Source: Vicugna vicugna (Eukaryota). From it: a stretch of 64,000 nt of DNA. A model generated the notes under the pieces. It was not told the DNA's origin and ran no database searches. It worked only from the letters and a program-made list of their open reading frames with translations. Where the stretch lies: NCBI GenBank assembly GCA_013265495.1, contig MU058037.1, positions 497,498 through 561,497 on the forward strand, read 5' to 3'. The translations under genes and the position numbers were made by a program. Positions 25,686 to 39,230 of this stretch are shown here, one piece after another. Every line of letters begins with the position of its first letter. Positions within the stretch are counted from its first letter, which is position 1.

Positions 25686-27131
25686 AAGGATATTTGAATC
25701 TGGAGGACGAAGTACTTCTATATATTTTAAAAATTTTTCCCCAGCTGATTCTGGTAAGTACTCACCTTAAGCAGATTCACCATTGCTTGAATAATGGCGT
25801 CTGAACAAAACCCGTTCGTACTGAGTTTCTGCGTTACAAGATCATTCAGTACTAATCATTACTTTCATAATTGTAAATACAAATTGTTGCTTCTCTCATA
25901 TTTAAAATTTCTCCTCTTCTTTTTAAATTTGTATTTTTATTCTTTGCCTCTCCCAAGTGGCTCGCTGTTTGATGATGTTGTTTTTGACATTGCTTCCTTA
26001 ATTGCAAAAATTTAAACGAACAAACAAAAATCATAATCCCATTGTCAAGCTAATATTAACTTTTCATTAAACTGTCAGTATTTCAAAATATATAATTAAA
26101 CTTTAAGTTCTAAAATCCTTTTGTAGAGAGACTTTATTATAGTTTGGTTACTTAGCTTCAGTTTACTGGTTTTTAATTTGTTTTCTCTCTCTCTTCATAC
26201 AAATGCCAAGTAGACAGCAGCTCACAAAGGTAGGGATCCAACTTGTTTGTTGTTTATATTGGTGTCACCTGAGTCTACCACATATGTAGGGCTCTGTAAA
26301 TCTTTAATAAATGAATGAAAACAGTATCAAGATTGCATTGGAGGGATCATTTTATATAGTTACCATATGAATATTATTACCTGTCTAGCTATTGGGAAGA
26401 TTTCTTCTTTACTGACGCTCTGCACCTAAGATCATTTACTCAGTAACTTTTCCTTCAAAATCAAATTTATATAGTTCTTATATAGTTTCCTGGCAGTTAG
26501 GATGATTCCTTGAGGGATAGACTCATATTTCAGAAATGTAGAATGGCATATTTTGGTCTGCTTTACAGCGAGGTGAACACAGCAGGGAAATACTGCTACT
26601 GACTTTATTTAAGTATTTGTGAACAATTTTTGCCATGTTATCTGATCGTAAGGTTTGTTTTCTTTTCTTTTCTGGAAGCAAATATTGTTCTGCAATTGAA
26701 AAAGCCATAAGGCTAAAAATAACCTTTCGAACCTGCATTGGTGACAATATCAGAATACCTCCTGCATGAAACAGTACTCTGGAAAAACGATGACTAAAGC
26801 CTTCTCAGGCTGAATATAAAGAGACTTAAGGAAATAGCCTACATGCTTGTTGTTTTATATCTAAATTCCCAATGTTTATAGTAATAAATAAAATTTTCCA
26901 GTTTAAGTTTTTCACTCACGTTTGACTTAGAAAATTATCCAAAACTTCCAAACTTCAAGTTTACTAAACCTTGGTAAAAGAGTTTGCTATTAACCTTTTA
27001 GTTCAGTTTTGGGCTTGACTTTCTATTGTCTGGCCTGTCGTATGTCTCTGGAGGGGCAGAGGCTAATTTGTTCGTTTTTATCCAGAAGAAATGCAAATAA
27101 TTTCTGTCTAATGGAACAGATAATTCCATTA

Positions 27132-27259
27132 TATAGTTGCTAGAATTAGCCAATAAAATGCATGCAATATTAAGACATACTTAGACTGAAAAAAATTATT
27201 CATTGTTTATCTGAAATTCATATATAACTCTCCATCCTATATTTTATCTGGTGATTCCA
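27132..27259. mobile_element. Internally deleted MER53-like MITE
   Basis: agttgctagaattagccaataaaat...gacatacttagactgaaaaaaattattcattgtttatctgaaattca...atctgg. Confidence 0.7.
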
Positions 27260-27727
27260 TTCTCAAAAGTTTCAGTTTATGGCCATGTCAGTCATTAGCC
27301 AGTTTTGTATCTAACTCAGCAATCTCATTGTAACATTGTCTATTAACACCTAAGTTCTCAAATGTTCTTTGGGCTGGTTTTATCATTTTACTGGTTCCCC
27401 AATTAATTAATGGATTTTAGGAAATATTTGACAGATGTTAGTTTTATATGTATGTAAGTGTCCCAATTAGTCTTCTGTGGAATTATACTTTAGCAGTTTT
27501 GTAGGTCATCCACTCAGATGCCCATGTAACCTGACTTCATGGAGCCAAGTAAATTGCATTGTTTTGGAGCATATATACCTCATGCACAGTTTCAGCCCGG
27601 TTAGGTCTTTTCTTAATTCTCAAAGTAAATCCCAAGCAACAGTAGAGGTTTAAACTTGTTTACTCTCTTTTTTGTTTGTTTATTTTTGCTTTTGCTTTAT
27701 TTTCCCCATTGACTTTGTAAAAAATAT

Positions 27728-28353
27728 ATTTTTATTGAAGTATAGTCAGTTTATAATGTTGTGTCACTTTCTGGTGTACAGCAGAAACTTCATATAAGGA
27801 CATACATATATTTGTTTTCATATTCTTTTAAACCATAATTTACTATAAGATATTGAATATAGTTCACTGTGCTGTACAGTATAAACTTATTGTTTATCTG
27901 GTTTATATATGTTAGTTAGTTTCTGCAAATCTCAAACTCCCAGTTGATCCCTTTCCACCCCCTTTACCCTCTGGTAACCATAAGTTTGTTCTCTATGTCT
28001 GTGAATCTATTTCTGTTTTATAAATAAGTTCATTTGTGTCTTTTTTTTTTTGGATTCCACATATGAGTGATATCATATGGTATTTTTATTTCTCTTTCTG
28101 GCTTATTTCACTTAGAATGATGATCTCCAGGTTCATCCATGTTGCTACAAAAGGCATCATTTTATTCTTTCTTATGGCTGAGTAGTATTCCATTATATAA
28201 ATATGCCACAACTTCTTTATCCAGTCATCTGTCAATGGACATTTAGGTTGTTACCATGTCTTGGCTATTGCAAATAGTGCTGCTGTGAACATTGGGGTGC
28301 ATGTATCTTTTTGAATTAAGGTTCCCTCTGGATATATGCCCAGGAATGGGATT
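27728..28353 (-). mobile_element. 5'-truncated L1 3' end
   Basis: ttattgaagtatagtcagttt...ggttccctctggatatatgcccagg. Confidence 0.9.
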
Positions 28354-28873
28354 CTGGTTAATGTATGGCCAATAAGTTATTCTCATTGCTGGTAATAGTA
28401 ACTGGGACTTTGGTTTTATCATCTGACCATTTGGTGATCTCTATGGGATGAATAATGGATATCTATTTTCTGTTGGAAATAAGTGCTTCTATCAAATGAA
28501 ATCCCATACATAGGAAATAAATTGAACTTCTAATATTGTAGAAATTACTTGTTTAGGGACATTTAAAAAATCCATGTTAATAAAGATTAATCTTTGACAC
28601 ATTTGACTGAATTAATCATTTTGGTTTAAAAATGATAGTTATGCATCCTTTCCTTGAGTTTATAAAAATGTAGTATAATACAAATGTGCACTTTATATTT
28701 TAGTAAGATTTTGATTTCTTTTCCCTCATAAGAATAGTTATTCTAAATTCTCAATGAACTTCTAATAATAGTTTAATAATCAAATAAACATATATTACTC
28801 CTACATAATTAAAATTATGACAAGTGTAAATTTGTGTTCAACTAAATTGTTTAATTATTCTGACAAACTTTTT

Positions 28874-30745
28874 TTTAACTTTTTTTTATTGAGTTATAGT
28901 CATTTTACAATGTTGTGTCAAATTCCAGTGTAGAGTACAATTTTTCAGTTATGCATGAACATATATATATTCATTGTCACATTCTCTTTGGCTGTGAGCC
29001 ACCCCAAAATCCTGTATATATTTCCCTGTGCTACACCGTACAATCTTGTTTATCTATTCTACATTTTGAAATCCCAGCCCTTTCCCACTCCTCATCCCCC
29101 TGGCAACCATAAGTTTGTATTCTATGTCTATGAGTCTGTTTCTGTTTTGTATTTATGGTGTGGTTTTTTGTTTGTTTGTTTAGATTCTACATATGAGTGA
29201 TCTCATATGGTATTTTTCTTTCTCTTTCTGGCTTACTTCACTTAGAATGACATTCTCCAGGAACATCTATGTTGCTACCAATGGCATTATGTTGTCAGTT
29301 TTTGTGGCCGAATAGTATTCCATTGTATAAGTATACCACAGCTTCTTTATCCAGTCATCTGTTGATGGACGTTTAGGCTGTTTCCATGTCTTGGCTATTG
29401 TAAATAGTGCTGCTATGAACGTTGGGGTGGGTGTGTAGTCTTTTGAATTAGGGTTCCTTCCATGCCCAGGACTGGGACTGCTGGGTCATATGGTAAGTCT
29501 ATTCCTAGTCTTTTGAGGAATCTCCATACTGTTTTCCACAGTGGCTGCACCAACCTGCATTCCCACCAGCAGTGAAGGAGGGTTCCCTTTTCTCCACAGC
29601 CTCTCCAGCATTTGTCATTTGTGGACTTTTGAATGATGGCCATTCTGGCTGGAGTGAGGGGTTACCTCATTGTAATTTTGATTTACATTTCTCTGGTAAT
29701 TGGTGATATTGAGCATTTTTTCATGTGCCTATTGATCATTTGTATTTCTTCCTTGGAGAATTGCTTGCTTAGATCTTTTGCCCATTTTTGGATTGGGTTG
29801 TTTGGTTTTTTCTTATTAAGTTGTATGAGCTAGTTATGTATTCTGGAGATCAAGCCTTTGTTGGTTTTATCTTTTGCAAAAATTTTCTCCCATTGTGTAG
29901 GTTGTCATTTTGTTTTACATTTGCTGTGCAGAAGCTTGTAAGTTTAATTAGGTCCCATTTGTTTATTCTTGCTTTTATTCTGGCATAAGGGAGTGTTCTA
30001 GCTTCATTGATTTACATGCTGCTGTCCAGTTTTCCCAACATCATTTGCTGAAGAGACTGTCTTATTCCGTTGTATGTTCTTGCCTCCTTTGTCGAAGATT
30101 AGTTGACCAAAAGTTTGTGGTTCATTTCTGGGCTCTCTATTCTGTTCCATTGGTCCATATGTCTATTTTTGTACCAGTACCATGCTATCTTGATGACTGT
30201 AGCTCTATAGTATTGTCTGAAGTCTGGGAGAGTTATTCCTCCAGCCTCTTTCTTTCTCTTCAGGAATGCTTTGGCAATTCTAGGTCTTTGATGGTTCCAT
30301 ATAAATTTTATTATGATTTGTTCTAGTTCTGTGAAATATGTCCTGGGTAATTTGATAGGGATTGCATTAATCCTATGTGACCATTTTAACAATATTGGGC
30401 AGTGTGACCATTTTAACAATATTGATTCTTCCAATCCAGGAGCATGGGATATCTTTCCATTTTTTAAAGTCTTCTTTAATTTCCTTCATCAGTGGTTTAT
30501 AGTTTTCTGTGTATAATTCTTTCACCTCCTTGGTTAGATTTATTCCCAGATATTTTATTACTTTGGGTGCTATTTTAAAGGGGATTGTTTCTTTACTTTC
30601 TTTTTCTGTTGATTCATCATTAGTGTAAAGAAATGCAACTGATTTTTGAACGTTAATCTTGTAATCCGCTACCTTGCTGAATTCTTCGATTATTTCTAGT
30701 AGTTTTTGTGTGGAGCTTTTAGGGTTTTCTATATATAGTATCATG
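28874..30745 (-). mobile_element. 5'-truncated young L1 (~1.9 kb) with internal deletions
   Basis: ORF2 remnants [10 protein letters not shown]...GYKIN-like segment and [22 protein letters not shown] tctgacaaacttttt (28859) / tctgacatacttttt (30746). Confidence 0.92.
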
Positions 30746-33700
30746 TCTGACATACTTTTTATATTACCAGATTATGTTTTGTAGTTTGAAAGTTTAAACA
30801 TAATTTTAAACATCCTATTGTAAATCTTGGATTAATTTTAAATTAATTTAATTTGTGGATAGTTACTAAATATCAAGACAATTTTTAAGAATGATTAAGT
30901 ATTAAAAAATTGATTACAAAGCTTATATACCTTTACTTTTGAAATATTTTCTACGGTGCTCTGGAATGGTTCTATCTTTGAGTCAGGTTAATGAACATGA
31001 ATAATGAGTCATGTTACTGTTCCTTTTTGCCATTTTAACTAGGTGTAAGAGATGTGAGTGGCTGTGGAAAGTGGTGTAATTTGTATTTATGAGCTTTGAT
31101 AGTCTGCTTGTATAGGACAGAATACTTGTATGGGACAGAAAGTCCTCAAATATCTACCCTCTACCCTTTTTTTTTTTGGTAAAAGTGCAGGTTTGTTACT
31201 TGGATTATTGTATGTGGTTCAGGATATAGAAGGAGCAATACAGAGAAATACAAATGCTTATTTGCAGTTGTAAATTAAATGAGGTTTTCTACACGGAGAA
31301 ATGGGATTAGTTTAATCATATCCTGAATGGTTGTAGAATATATGTGGAAAGTTTAAAAAGTTTGCAAAGAGGGAATTTTTATTGCATTGTTTATAATATC
31401 TACAAATACTAAGTGTGAAAAAAAGCACCAAAATGTATTTAAATTTTGACAAAGTTGACTTGGTTGTGGTGGGCTTAAACATAAGAAAAAAGCCTATAAA
31501 ACCTTTACTGCCAAATATCATCTTAATGGAAAGCAAGAATTTGGCTTTCAGTCTGTCTAAGTGATAAATTTGTCTTAGAACTCCTAATAAGAGTATTATT
31601 AGGTGTTATTCTTTACCTTCCTTATAATCTGCCCAGACAACACAGATGTCAAATCTCACCAAAATAATATTATCTGATTTTTGTTGGCTTGATTATATTT
31701 GCTGTTATTATTAGTTTGTATAATATTGCTTTTATGAAAGAAAAAGAAAAAAAGAAAGAGAAAAAAGAGGAGGAAAAGAGGAGAGAGAGAGAGAGGAAGG
31801 AAAATCAGACACATTTACAGGGTTTGTCCCCCATCAATAAAACCTGGCTTAGCCTATGTTCATTCTGGGAACAGTCAAGGTAGATTGCTTGGCTCAGAGG
31901 TATGGTTTGTGACAGTAGAGATGATCATTATTTTTTTAACAAAAAGCAAAGATTCCTTACTTGTGAAAGAGCTAAGTTTCCTCACAATCATGTGATCTTT
32001 TTCTCTGTTTATTTTATTTTATTTCATTTATTTATGTTTGTTTACATTTTGACTCCTTCATTAATGCACATTGTTTCTCGGGAACCTATGGTTCTATCTT
32101 AATAAACTGACCAAATGTCCTCTCAAAACTCTTTCAATTATGACTTCCCAAGGTCAAAACCTACGTTAAAAATAAATAAAAATTTTAGGGTACTTTTAAC
32201 ACCTAAAACTATCTTTGAGATTTCCCAGATGGCCCCTGTAAAAGCACAAAAAATTGCTATTTCACCTTATCGAAAAGGGATGCCAGTAATAATTAGGTTT
32301 TCTTTAAAAAAAAATAATAACTCCACATTTCTTAATTAGCTCAGCATTATTGTAGAAGATTCATGGAAAGAATTTCCAACTCAGAAGAGATGTTCAACCT
32401 TCCCAAGTTTAAGTTAGAATAAGTAAATTTTTATTAATATAAATATTTCATAGATTGTAAGCTTTATGATAAGGCCCTGGAGATTTGTCAATGCCTTCAT
32501 TGTCCACAATATAATATTACCTTCAGGGGAATCCTTGTTCAAACCTTTATGAAATAGTTGTTTACACACCCCAATAGAGAATCTTACTCTTCTATATTCT
32601 TATACTATTGGTTACTATGGTAAATTAACCACAGCCATCCAGTCTTATTATTGAACAGTTTTATCCTTTCCCCTGATGCTTTCATCAAGGCTCTGCTATA
32701 AAGCTTCAGGCTAAAATTTGTAAAAACAAAGCAAAACGGTCTCAGGGCCTTGTGGAAATAACTTTTCCATACACCGTGAACTATGGCTACTCCAGGGAAC
32801 ACACTCTTGGGTAAGACTTCAAGCTGATGATGCTTAGACACTATCAAGCCATGCTATGGACTGTTAGGAGTTACAGGAATCTTTTTAGCCTGCAAGTAGA
32901 CGTATGTCATGAATGCAGATTGCTGAAAAAAAATCAGAAAAATTAATGATCCAGGACTACATAATCTTTTGAGGAAAATAGAACTGTGACTGTTTGGAAT
33001 GATGTTGATATCACTTTGGATTTTCTATTTTTTCTGATCTATGAAGCAGCTATTTTTTTCTTAAGCTGTTCTTAACTCTAAGTTTATTAGATTATGATTT
33101 TATAAATTGAAAATATCTTTGATGGTATTTGAGTCTCACTGAAACCCACTCCCAATTCAAAAACAAAACATTTTTATGAGACTTCTTAGTTTTCATGGGA
33201 GTATATTTACATAGGCTCAAATAGAAGATGTCCTCATTTTTACTGGGATGCAATAGGATATACCAGGTGTTGAATCAAGATTATACCATACCTTGAGTAT
33301 CAATTTTTAAATTATACTAATCTGATCAAGTATGGAAAGCTTACTTCTAAATAAAATAAATTGACTTTATATGTAGAGCCCATGCTTAAAAAATCCTTCC
33401 AAGAAAACTAGTTTGGTAGTTGTCTTACTTAGGGTCTCAATCTCATAGGTGCTGAAGAGTTCTGTTTCTGTCAGGCAGTAGACCTTAAATTTGGGGGACT
33501 TTAAGAGAGAGGATGTAACTCAAATTTATAGATCCTGCAGAGAAATTTGGAGGAAAGTATGTTAGGCTTTATTTCCTAGCCCTGGGATATGACAAAAGTA
33601 GATAATTTTAAAGTCCAATCCAAGATTCCTTTAAAATTTCCAGACAGAAGTTCTTTGGACATAGTTTACTAAATACTGTATGCTCAAGGAACCTTATGTT

Positions 33701-33934
33701 AATTATTATTCTTGTCACACATGCATAAACAATCAGGCCAAACATAATGGGACCAGCTTTATTGTGATCAAGAGTAATCTTTGGAGAAAATCACAAATAT
33801 GTGGAAACTAAGCACAATCCTAAATAATCAGAAGGATAAAGAAGAAATCACAAAGGAAATTAGGAAATGCTTTGAGATGATGGAAAATAAAAATATAAAC
33901 AGAAACTTAAGGAATGCAGCTAATGCAGTGTTTT

Positions 33935-35158
33935 TAAAATTTTATTTTATTTTTTATTGAACTATAGTCAGTTTTCAATGTTGCATCAATTTCTGGTGAG
34001 CAGCATAACATTTCAGTCATCCATATACATATATATATATATATATATTCCTTTTCATATTCGTTCTCATTGTAAGTTACATCAAGATACTGAAAATAGT
34101 TCTCTGTGCTGTAGAAACTTGTTGTTTAGTATTTTATTTCTAAACCTACCAGGTACTAACAGTTATTTTGAAGGAATCTAAACCCAGTTAATCTGTGAAT
34201 ATGATGATTCTTAGATCTTTTTTTCGTCTTCTTTATTGAAGTATTGTCAGTTTACAATATGTCAATTTCTGGTGTATGGTACAATGCTTCAGTCATACAT
34301 GAATGTACATATATTTTCATATTCTTTTTCACCATAAGCCACTACAAGATATCAAATATAGTTCCATGTGCTATACAGTATAAACTCATTTATCTATTTT
34401 ATATACACCAGTCAGTATCTACAAATCTCGAACTCCGAGTTTATCCCTTCCCACCTCTTTTACCCCCTGGTAACCATAAGTTTGTCTTCTATGTTTGTGA
34501 GTCTGTTTCTGTTTTGTAAATAACTTCATTTTGCTTTTGTTTTTTTTTTAATTCCAGATAAAAGTGATATCATATGGTATTTTTCTTTCTCTTTCTGGAT
34601 TACTTCACTTAGAATGACATTCTCCAGGGCCATCCATGTTGCTGCAAATGGCATTATTTTATTATTTTTATGGCTGAGTAGTATTCCACTGCACTGATAT
34701 ACCACAACTTCTTTATCCAGTCATCTATCAATGGTCATTTAGGTTGCTTCCATGTCTTGACTATTGTAAATAGGGCTGCTATGAACACTGAAGGTATCTT
34801 TTTGAATTAAGGTTCCCTCTGGATATATGCCCAGGAGTGGGATTGCTGGGTCATATGGTAAGTCTATTTTTAGTCTTTGAGTAATCTCCATACTGTTTTC
34901 CACAATGGCTGCACGAAACTGCATTCCCACCGACAGTGTAGGAGGGTTCCCTTTTTTCCACACCCTCTCCAGCATTTATTGTTTGTGGACTTTTGAATGA
35001 TGGCCATTGTGACTGGTGTGAGATGATACCTCATTATAGACAGCGCACACAACTTAATAAGAAAAAAACAAGCAACACAATCCATAAACAGGCGGAAGAA
35101 ATAAACAAGCAATTCTCCAGTGAACACATACAAATGGCCAATAGGCACATGAAAAAAT
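33935..35158 (-). mobile_element. Composite L1 insertion: 5' inversion, L1 3' end, transduced flank and second L1 tail
   Basis: Perfect 16-bp TSD gctaatgcagtgtttt at 33919-33934 and 35159-35174. Confidence 0.88.
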
Positions 35159-36802
35159 GCTAATGCAGTGTTTTGAAGGAAATATATGCCTAGAGATGCC
35201 TATATTATAGAAGAAGAAAGAGTTCAAATTAATAACCTAACCTTCCACCTTAAGAAAATGGAAAAAGAGAAACAAACTTAACACAAAGCAAGCAGAAGGA
35301 AGGAAATAAAGATTTGAGTAGAAATAAATGAAATAGAGAATAGAAAATAAAGGAGAAAAATAAACAGAACTTCATGTTGAATCTTGGAAATATCAGCAAA
35401 GTGGACAACACTTTATCTAGACTGAAAAAATAGAAGATTCAAATTCTGAAATCAGAAATGGGAGGGGAGGCATGATTCCTGACCTTACAGAAATAGAAGG
35501 TATTCTAAGGGAACAATTGTATGCCCCCAAATTAGATAACCTGGAGGAAATGGAAAAATTCCAAGACACAAACTACTGAATCTGATTCAAGAATAAATGG
35601 AAAATCCTAATTGACCTATAAGAAAGAGATTGAGTTAGTAATCAAAATCTTCCCACAAAGAAACATTGAAGACCAAAATTCTACCAAACGTCTGAAGGTT
35701 TAACACCAATCCTTGACAACCTTCCAAAAAACAGAACACTTGACAGCTCACTTTATGAAGCCAATATTATTCTGAGACCAAAATCAGGCAAAGATGGCAC
35801 ATGAAAAGAAAATTATATAAAAAATTTCCTATGATTATAGATATAAAAATTCACAACAAAATGCTAGTAAACTGAATCTAGCAACATGTATAAAAATTGT
35901 ATGCCACAAACAAGTGGGATTCCAGCAATACAAGGTTGGTTCAACATATGAGAATCAATCAATTTGATATACCATATTAATATAATAAAGGACAAAAACC
36001 ATATTACCATCTCAATAGATCAGAAAGCAATAACCTAACACCCTTTCTTGATAGAAGTACTCAACAAAGTAAAAATAGAAGGAAACTCCTATGAAGGGCA
36101 TCTTTGAAAAACGCACAGCAAACGTACTTATTGGCAAAAGACAGAAAGCTAGGATCTGAACAAGACAAGAATGTTTGCTCTTGGTACTAGTATTCAGCAT
36201 TGTATTGCAGGTTGTTCTAATCAGTGCAATTAGGAAGAAAAATGAAAGATATTGGGATTGGAAAGGAAGAAGTAAAACTATCTCTATTTGCAGATGACAT
36301 GATCATGAATATAGAAAATCCTAAAACATCAAACTTTTTGAGTTAGTTAACAAGTTAAGTGTGTCTCTAGGATATAAGATCAACATGCAAAAATCAGTTG
36401 TAATTTCCATACATTTACAATGAGCAATCCAAAATGAAATTATGATAACAATTTTATTTTCAACAGTATTAAAATAATAGGATGCTGAGAAAGAAATTTA
36501 ATAAAATAAGTGGAAAGTTCATTGTCTGAAAACTACAGACAGAGGTGGAATAAATTAAAGAAGACCTAAATAAATGAAAAGATCTCCAATATTCATGCAT
36601 TAGAACACTTAATATTTTTACAGTGACAATACTCTATAAATTTACTTACACATTCAACACAATTCCTGTCAAAATCCCATCTGTATTTTCAGGAATTGAC
36701 AAACTTATCTTACAATTCTTATGTAAATGCAAGGAAATCAGAATGATCAGAGCAATCTTTAAAAGAATAACAAATTTGAAGGACTCACAACTAAAAATTT
36801 TA

Positions 36803-36959
36803 AAACTTCCTACAAATGTATAAAAACCAGGACTGTGACGTACTGGAATAAGGATAGACATATAAGACATATAAGTCAAACTTCCTACAAATGTATAAAA
36901 ACCAGGACTGTGACGTACTGGAATAAGGATAGACATATAAGACATATAAGACATATAAG
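36803..36959. repeat. Perfect tandem duplication (period 75 bp) with a 9-bp AGACATATA subrepeat
   Basis: 36803-36875 equals 36878-36950. Confidence 0.92.
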
Positions 36960-37481
36960 ACAAATAGAATTGAAAGTCAATAAATAAACCCATATAATTA
37001 TGGTCAATTGATTTTTGAAGGGGTGCTAGGATAATTCAGTGAAGAACAAATAGTCTTTTCAACAAATGATGCTGATACAACTGTGTAGTGACAGTCAAAA
37101 GAATGAAGTTTTATCCCTACCTCACACTATATACAAAAATAAACTCAAAATGGGCCAGACATCGAAATATAAGAGCTCAAACTCTAAACTTTTCAGAAAA
37201 AAACATAGTTATAAAACCTGTGACCTTGGATTAGGCAATAATTTCTTAGATATGACAATAAAATCACAAACAATAAAAGGGGAAAAAGGATAAATTTGAC
37301 TTAATCAAAATTAAATACTTTTGTGTTTCAAAGGGCACTATCAAGAAAGTGAAAAGATAGCCTACAGAATAGAATACGTTTGCAAATTATAGCTAATAAT
37401 GGTCTAGTAAAGGTGATATGTAAGTAACTCTCACAACCAGTCAAAAAAAGATAGATAATGCAGTTTTAAAGTGAGCAAATG

Positions 37482-39230
37482 TGTCCACAAATGACATGAT
37501 CATCTATGTAGAAAATCTGTAAGAATAAGCAAAAACCTATTATAAGTGAAACTAGTTAGTGATTTTAGCAAGATTTCAGGATGCAACATTAATAAACTAA
37601 AGCTAATTGCTTTTCTGTATACCAGCAGTGAACAAGTAGAATTTGAAATTAAAAACACATTATCATTTACATTAGCAGCCCAAAAATGAAAGTTGTAAAT
37701 CTAACAAAATATGTACAAGATCTATATGAGGAAAACTACAAAACTCTGATGAAAGATATAGAACTAAATAAATGGAGAGATATTCCAAGTCCATGGATAG
37801 AAAGACTCAATATTGTCAAGATGTCAGTTTTTCCCAAATTGGTCTATAGATTCAATGCAATCCCAATCAAAATCCCAGGAAGTTATTTTGTGTATATAGA
37901 CAAACTTATTCTAAAGTTTATATGGAGCGGCAAAAGACCCAGAATAGCCAACACAATATTAAAGGAGAACAAAGTTGGAGGACAAACACTACTTGATTCA
38001 AGACTTATTACAATGCTACAGTAATCAAGACTGTGTGGTATTGGTGAAATAATAGACAAATAGACCAATGGGAGCAGAATAGACAGCATAGAAATACACC
38101 CACATTAATACAGTCAGTTGATCTTTGACAGAGGAGCAAAGGCTATACAATAGGGGTGAAGATGATTTCAGCAAATGGTGGTAGAGCAACTGGACATCCA
38201 CATGCAAAAGAAAATTAATCTAGACACTAGCCTTACACACTGTACAAAAAATTAATTCAAAATGGACCACAAACCTACATGTAAATTGTAAAACTAAAAC
38301 TTCTAGAAGATAACATAGGAGAAAACCTGGATGATCTTGAGTATAGCGATGACGTTTTATATACAACCTCAAAGGCACGATCCATGAAAGAATGAATTCA
38401 TGAAAATTAAAACACTTCTGCTGTGTAAAAGACAGTATCAAGAGAATGGGAAGGCAAGTCATAGACTAGGAGAAAATATTTGCAAAAGAAACACATCTAG
38501 TAAAGAACTATTAGTCGAAATATACAAAAGACTTAAAACTCAACAATAAGAATATGAACAACCCAATTAAAAAATGGGCCAAAGATCTGAGCAGACATCT
38601 CACCACAGAAAATATACAGATGGCAAGTAAGCAGATGAAAAGATACTCAACATCATATACTATTAGGCAATTGCAAATTAAGACAAAAATTAGATACCAT
38701 TAAAACCTATTAGATGGCCAAAATTCAAAACACTGACAACACCAAATGCTGGGAGAATGTGGAGCAACAAGAGCTCTCATTGATTGCTGGTGGGAATGCA
38801 AAATAGTAGAGCCACTCTGGAAGACGATTGCAGTTTCTTATGAAACTGAACTTACTCTTACCATATGATCCAGCAGTCTCACTCCGTGATGTGTACTCAA
38901 ATAAATTGAAAATGTATGCCCATAAAAAACCTGTACACAGAGGTTTATAGCAATTTTATTAATAATTGCCAAAACTTGAAAGCAATCAAGATGCCCTTCA
39001 ATATGACATTCTGGAAAAGGCAAAACTATGGAAATATTTTAAAAGATCATTGCTTTCCAGGTGTGGTAGCTTGGAGAAAGATGAATAGGCAGAGCAGAGA
39101 GGATTTTTTTAGGGCAGAGAAAATACTCTATATGATATTAAAATTATGGATATGTACCCATATATATAAAAATATACATTTGTGCAAACCCATATGCTGT
39201 ACAACACAATTTTGCTGTTTCAAAAGTGTA
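37482..39230 (+). mobile_element. L1MC-like ORF2 and 3'UTR
   Basis: ORF2 restarts at an upstream position (atgacatgatcatctatgtagaaaatc). ORF 37686-38024 reads NLTKYVQDLYEENYKTLMK...RFNAIPIKIP. Confidence 0.85.

Larger units (their letters stand above)
33780..37480 (+). mobile_element. Old L1 ORF2 body, interrupted at 33935-35158
   Basis: Degenerate ORF2 including ctatttgcagatgacatgatc (LFADDMI) near 36285. Confidence 0.85.

Noticed and set aside
26523..26747. 74-aa minus-strand ORF in unique DNA
   Set aside because: Non-ATG start and no recognised homology.
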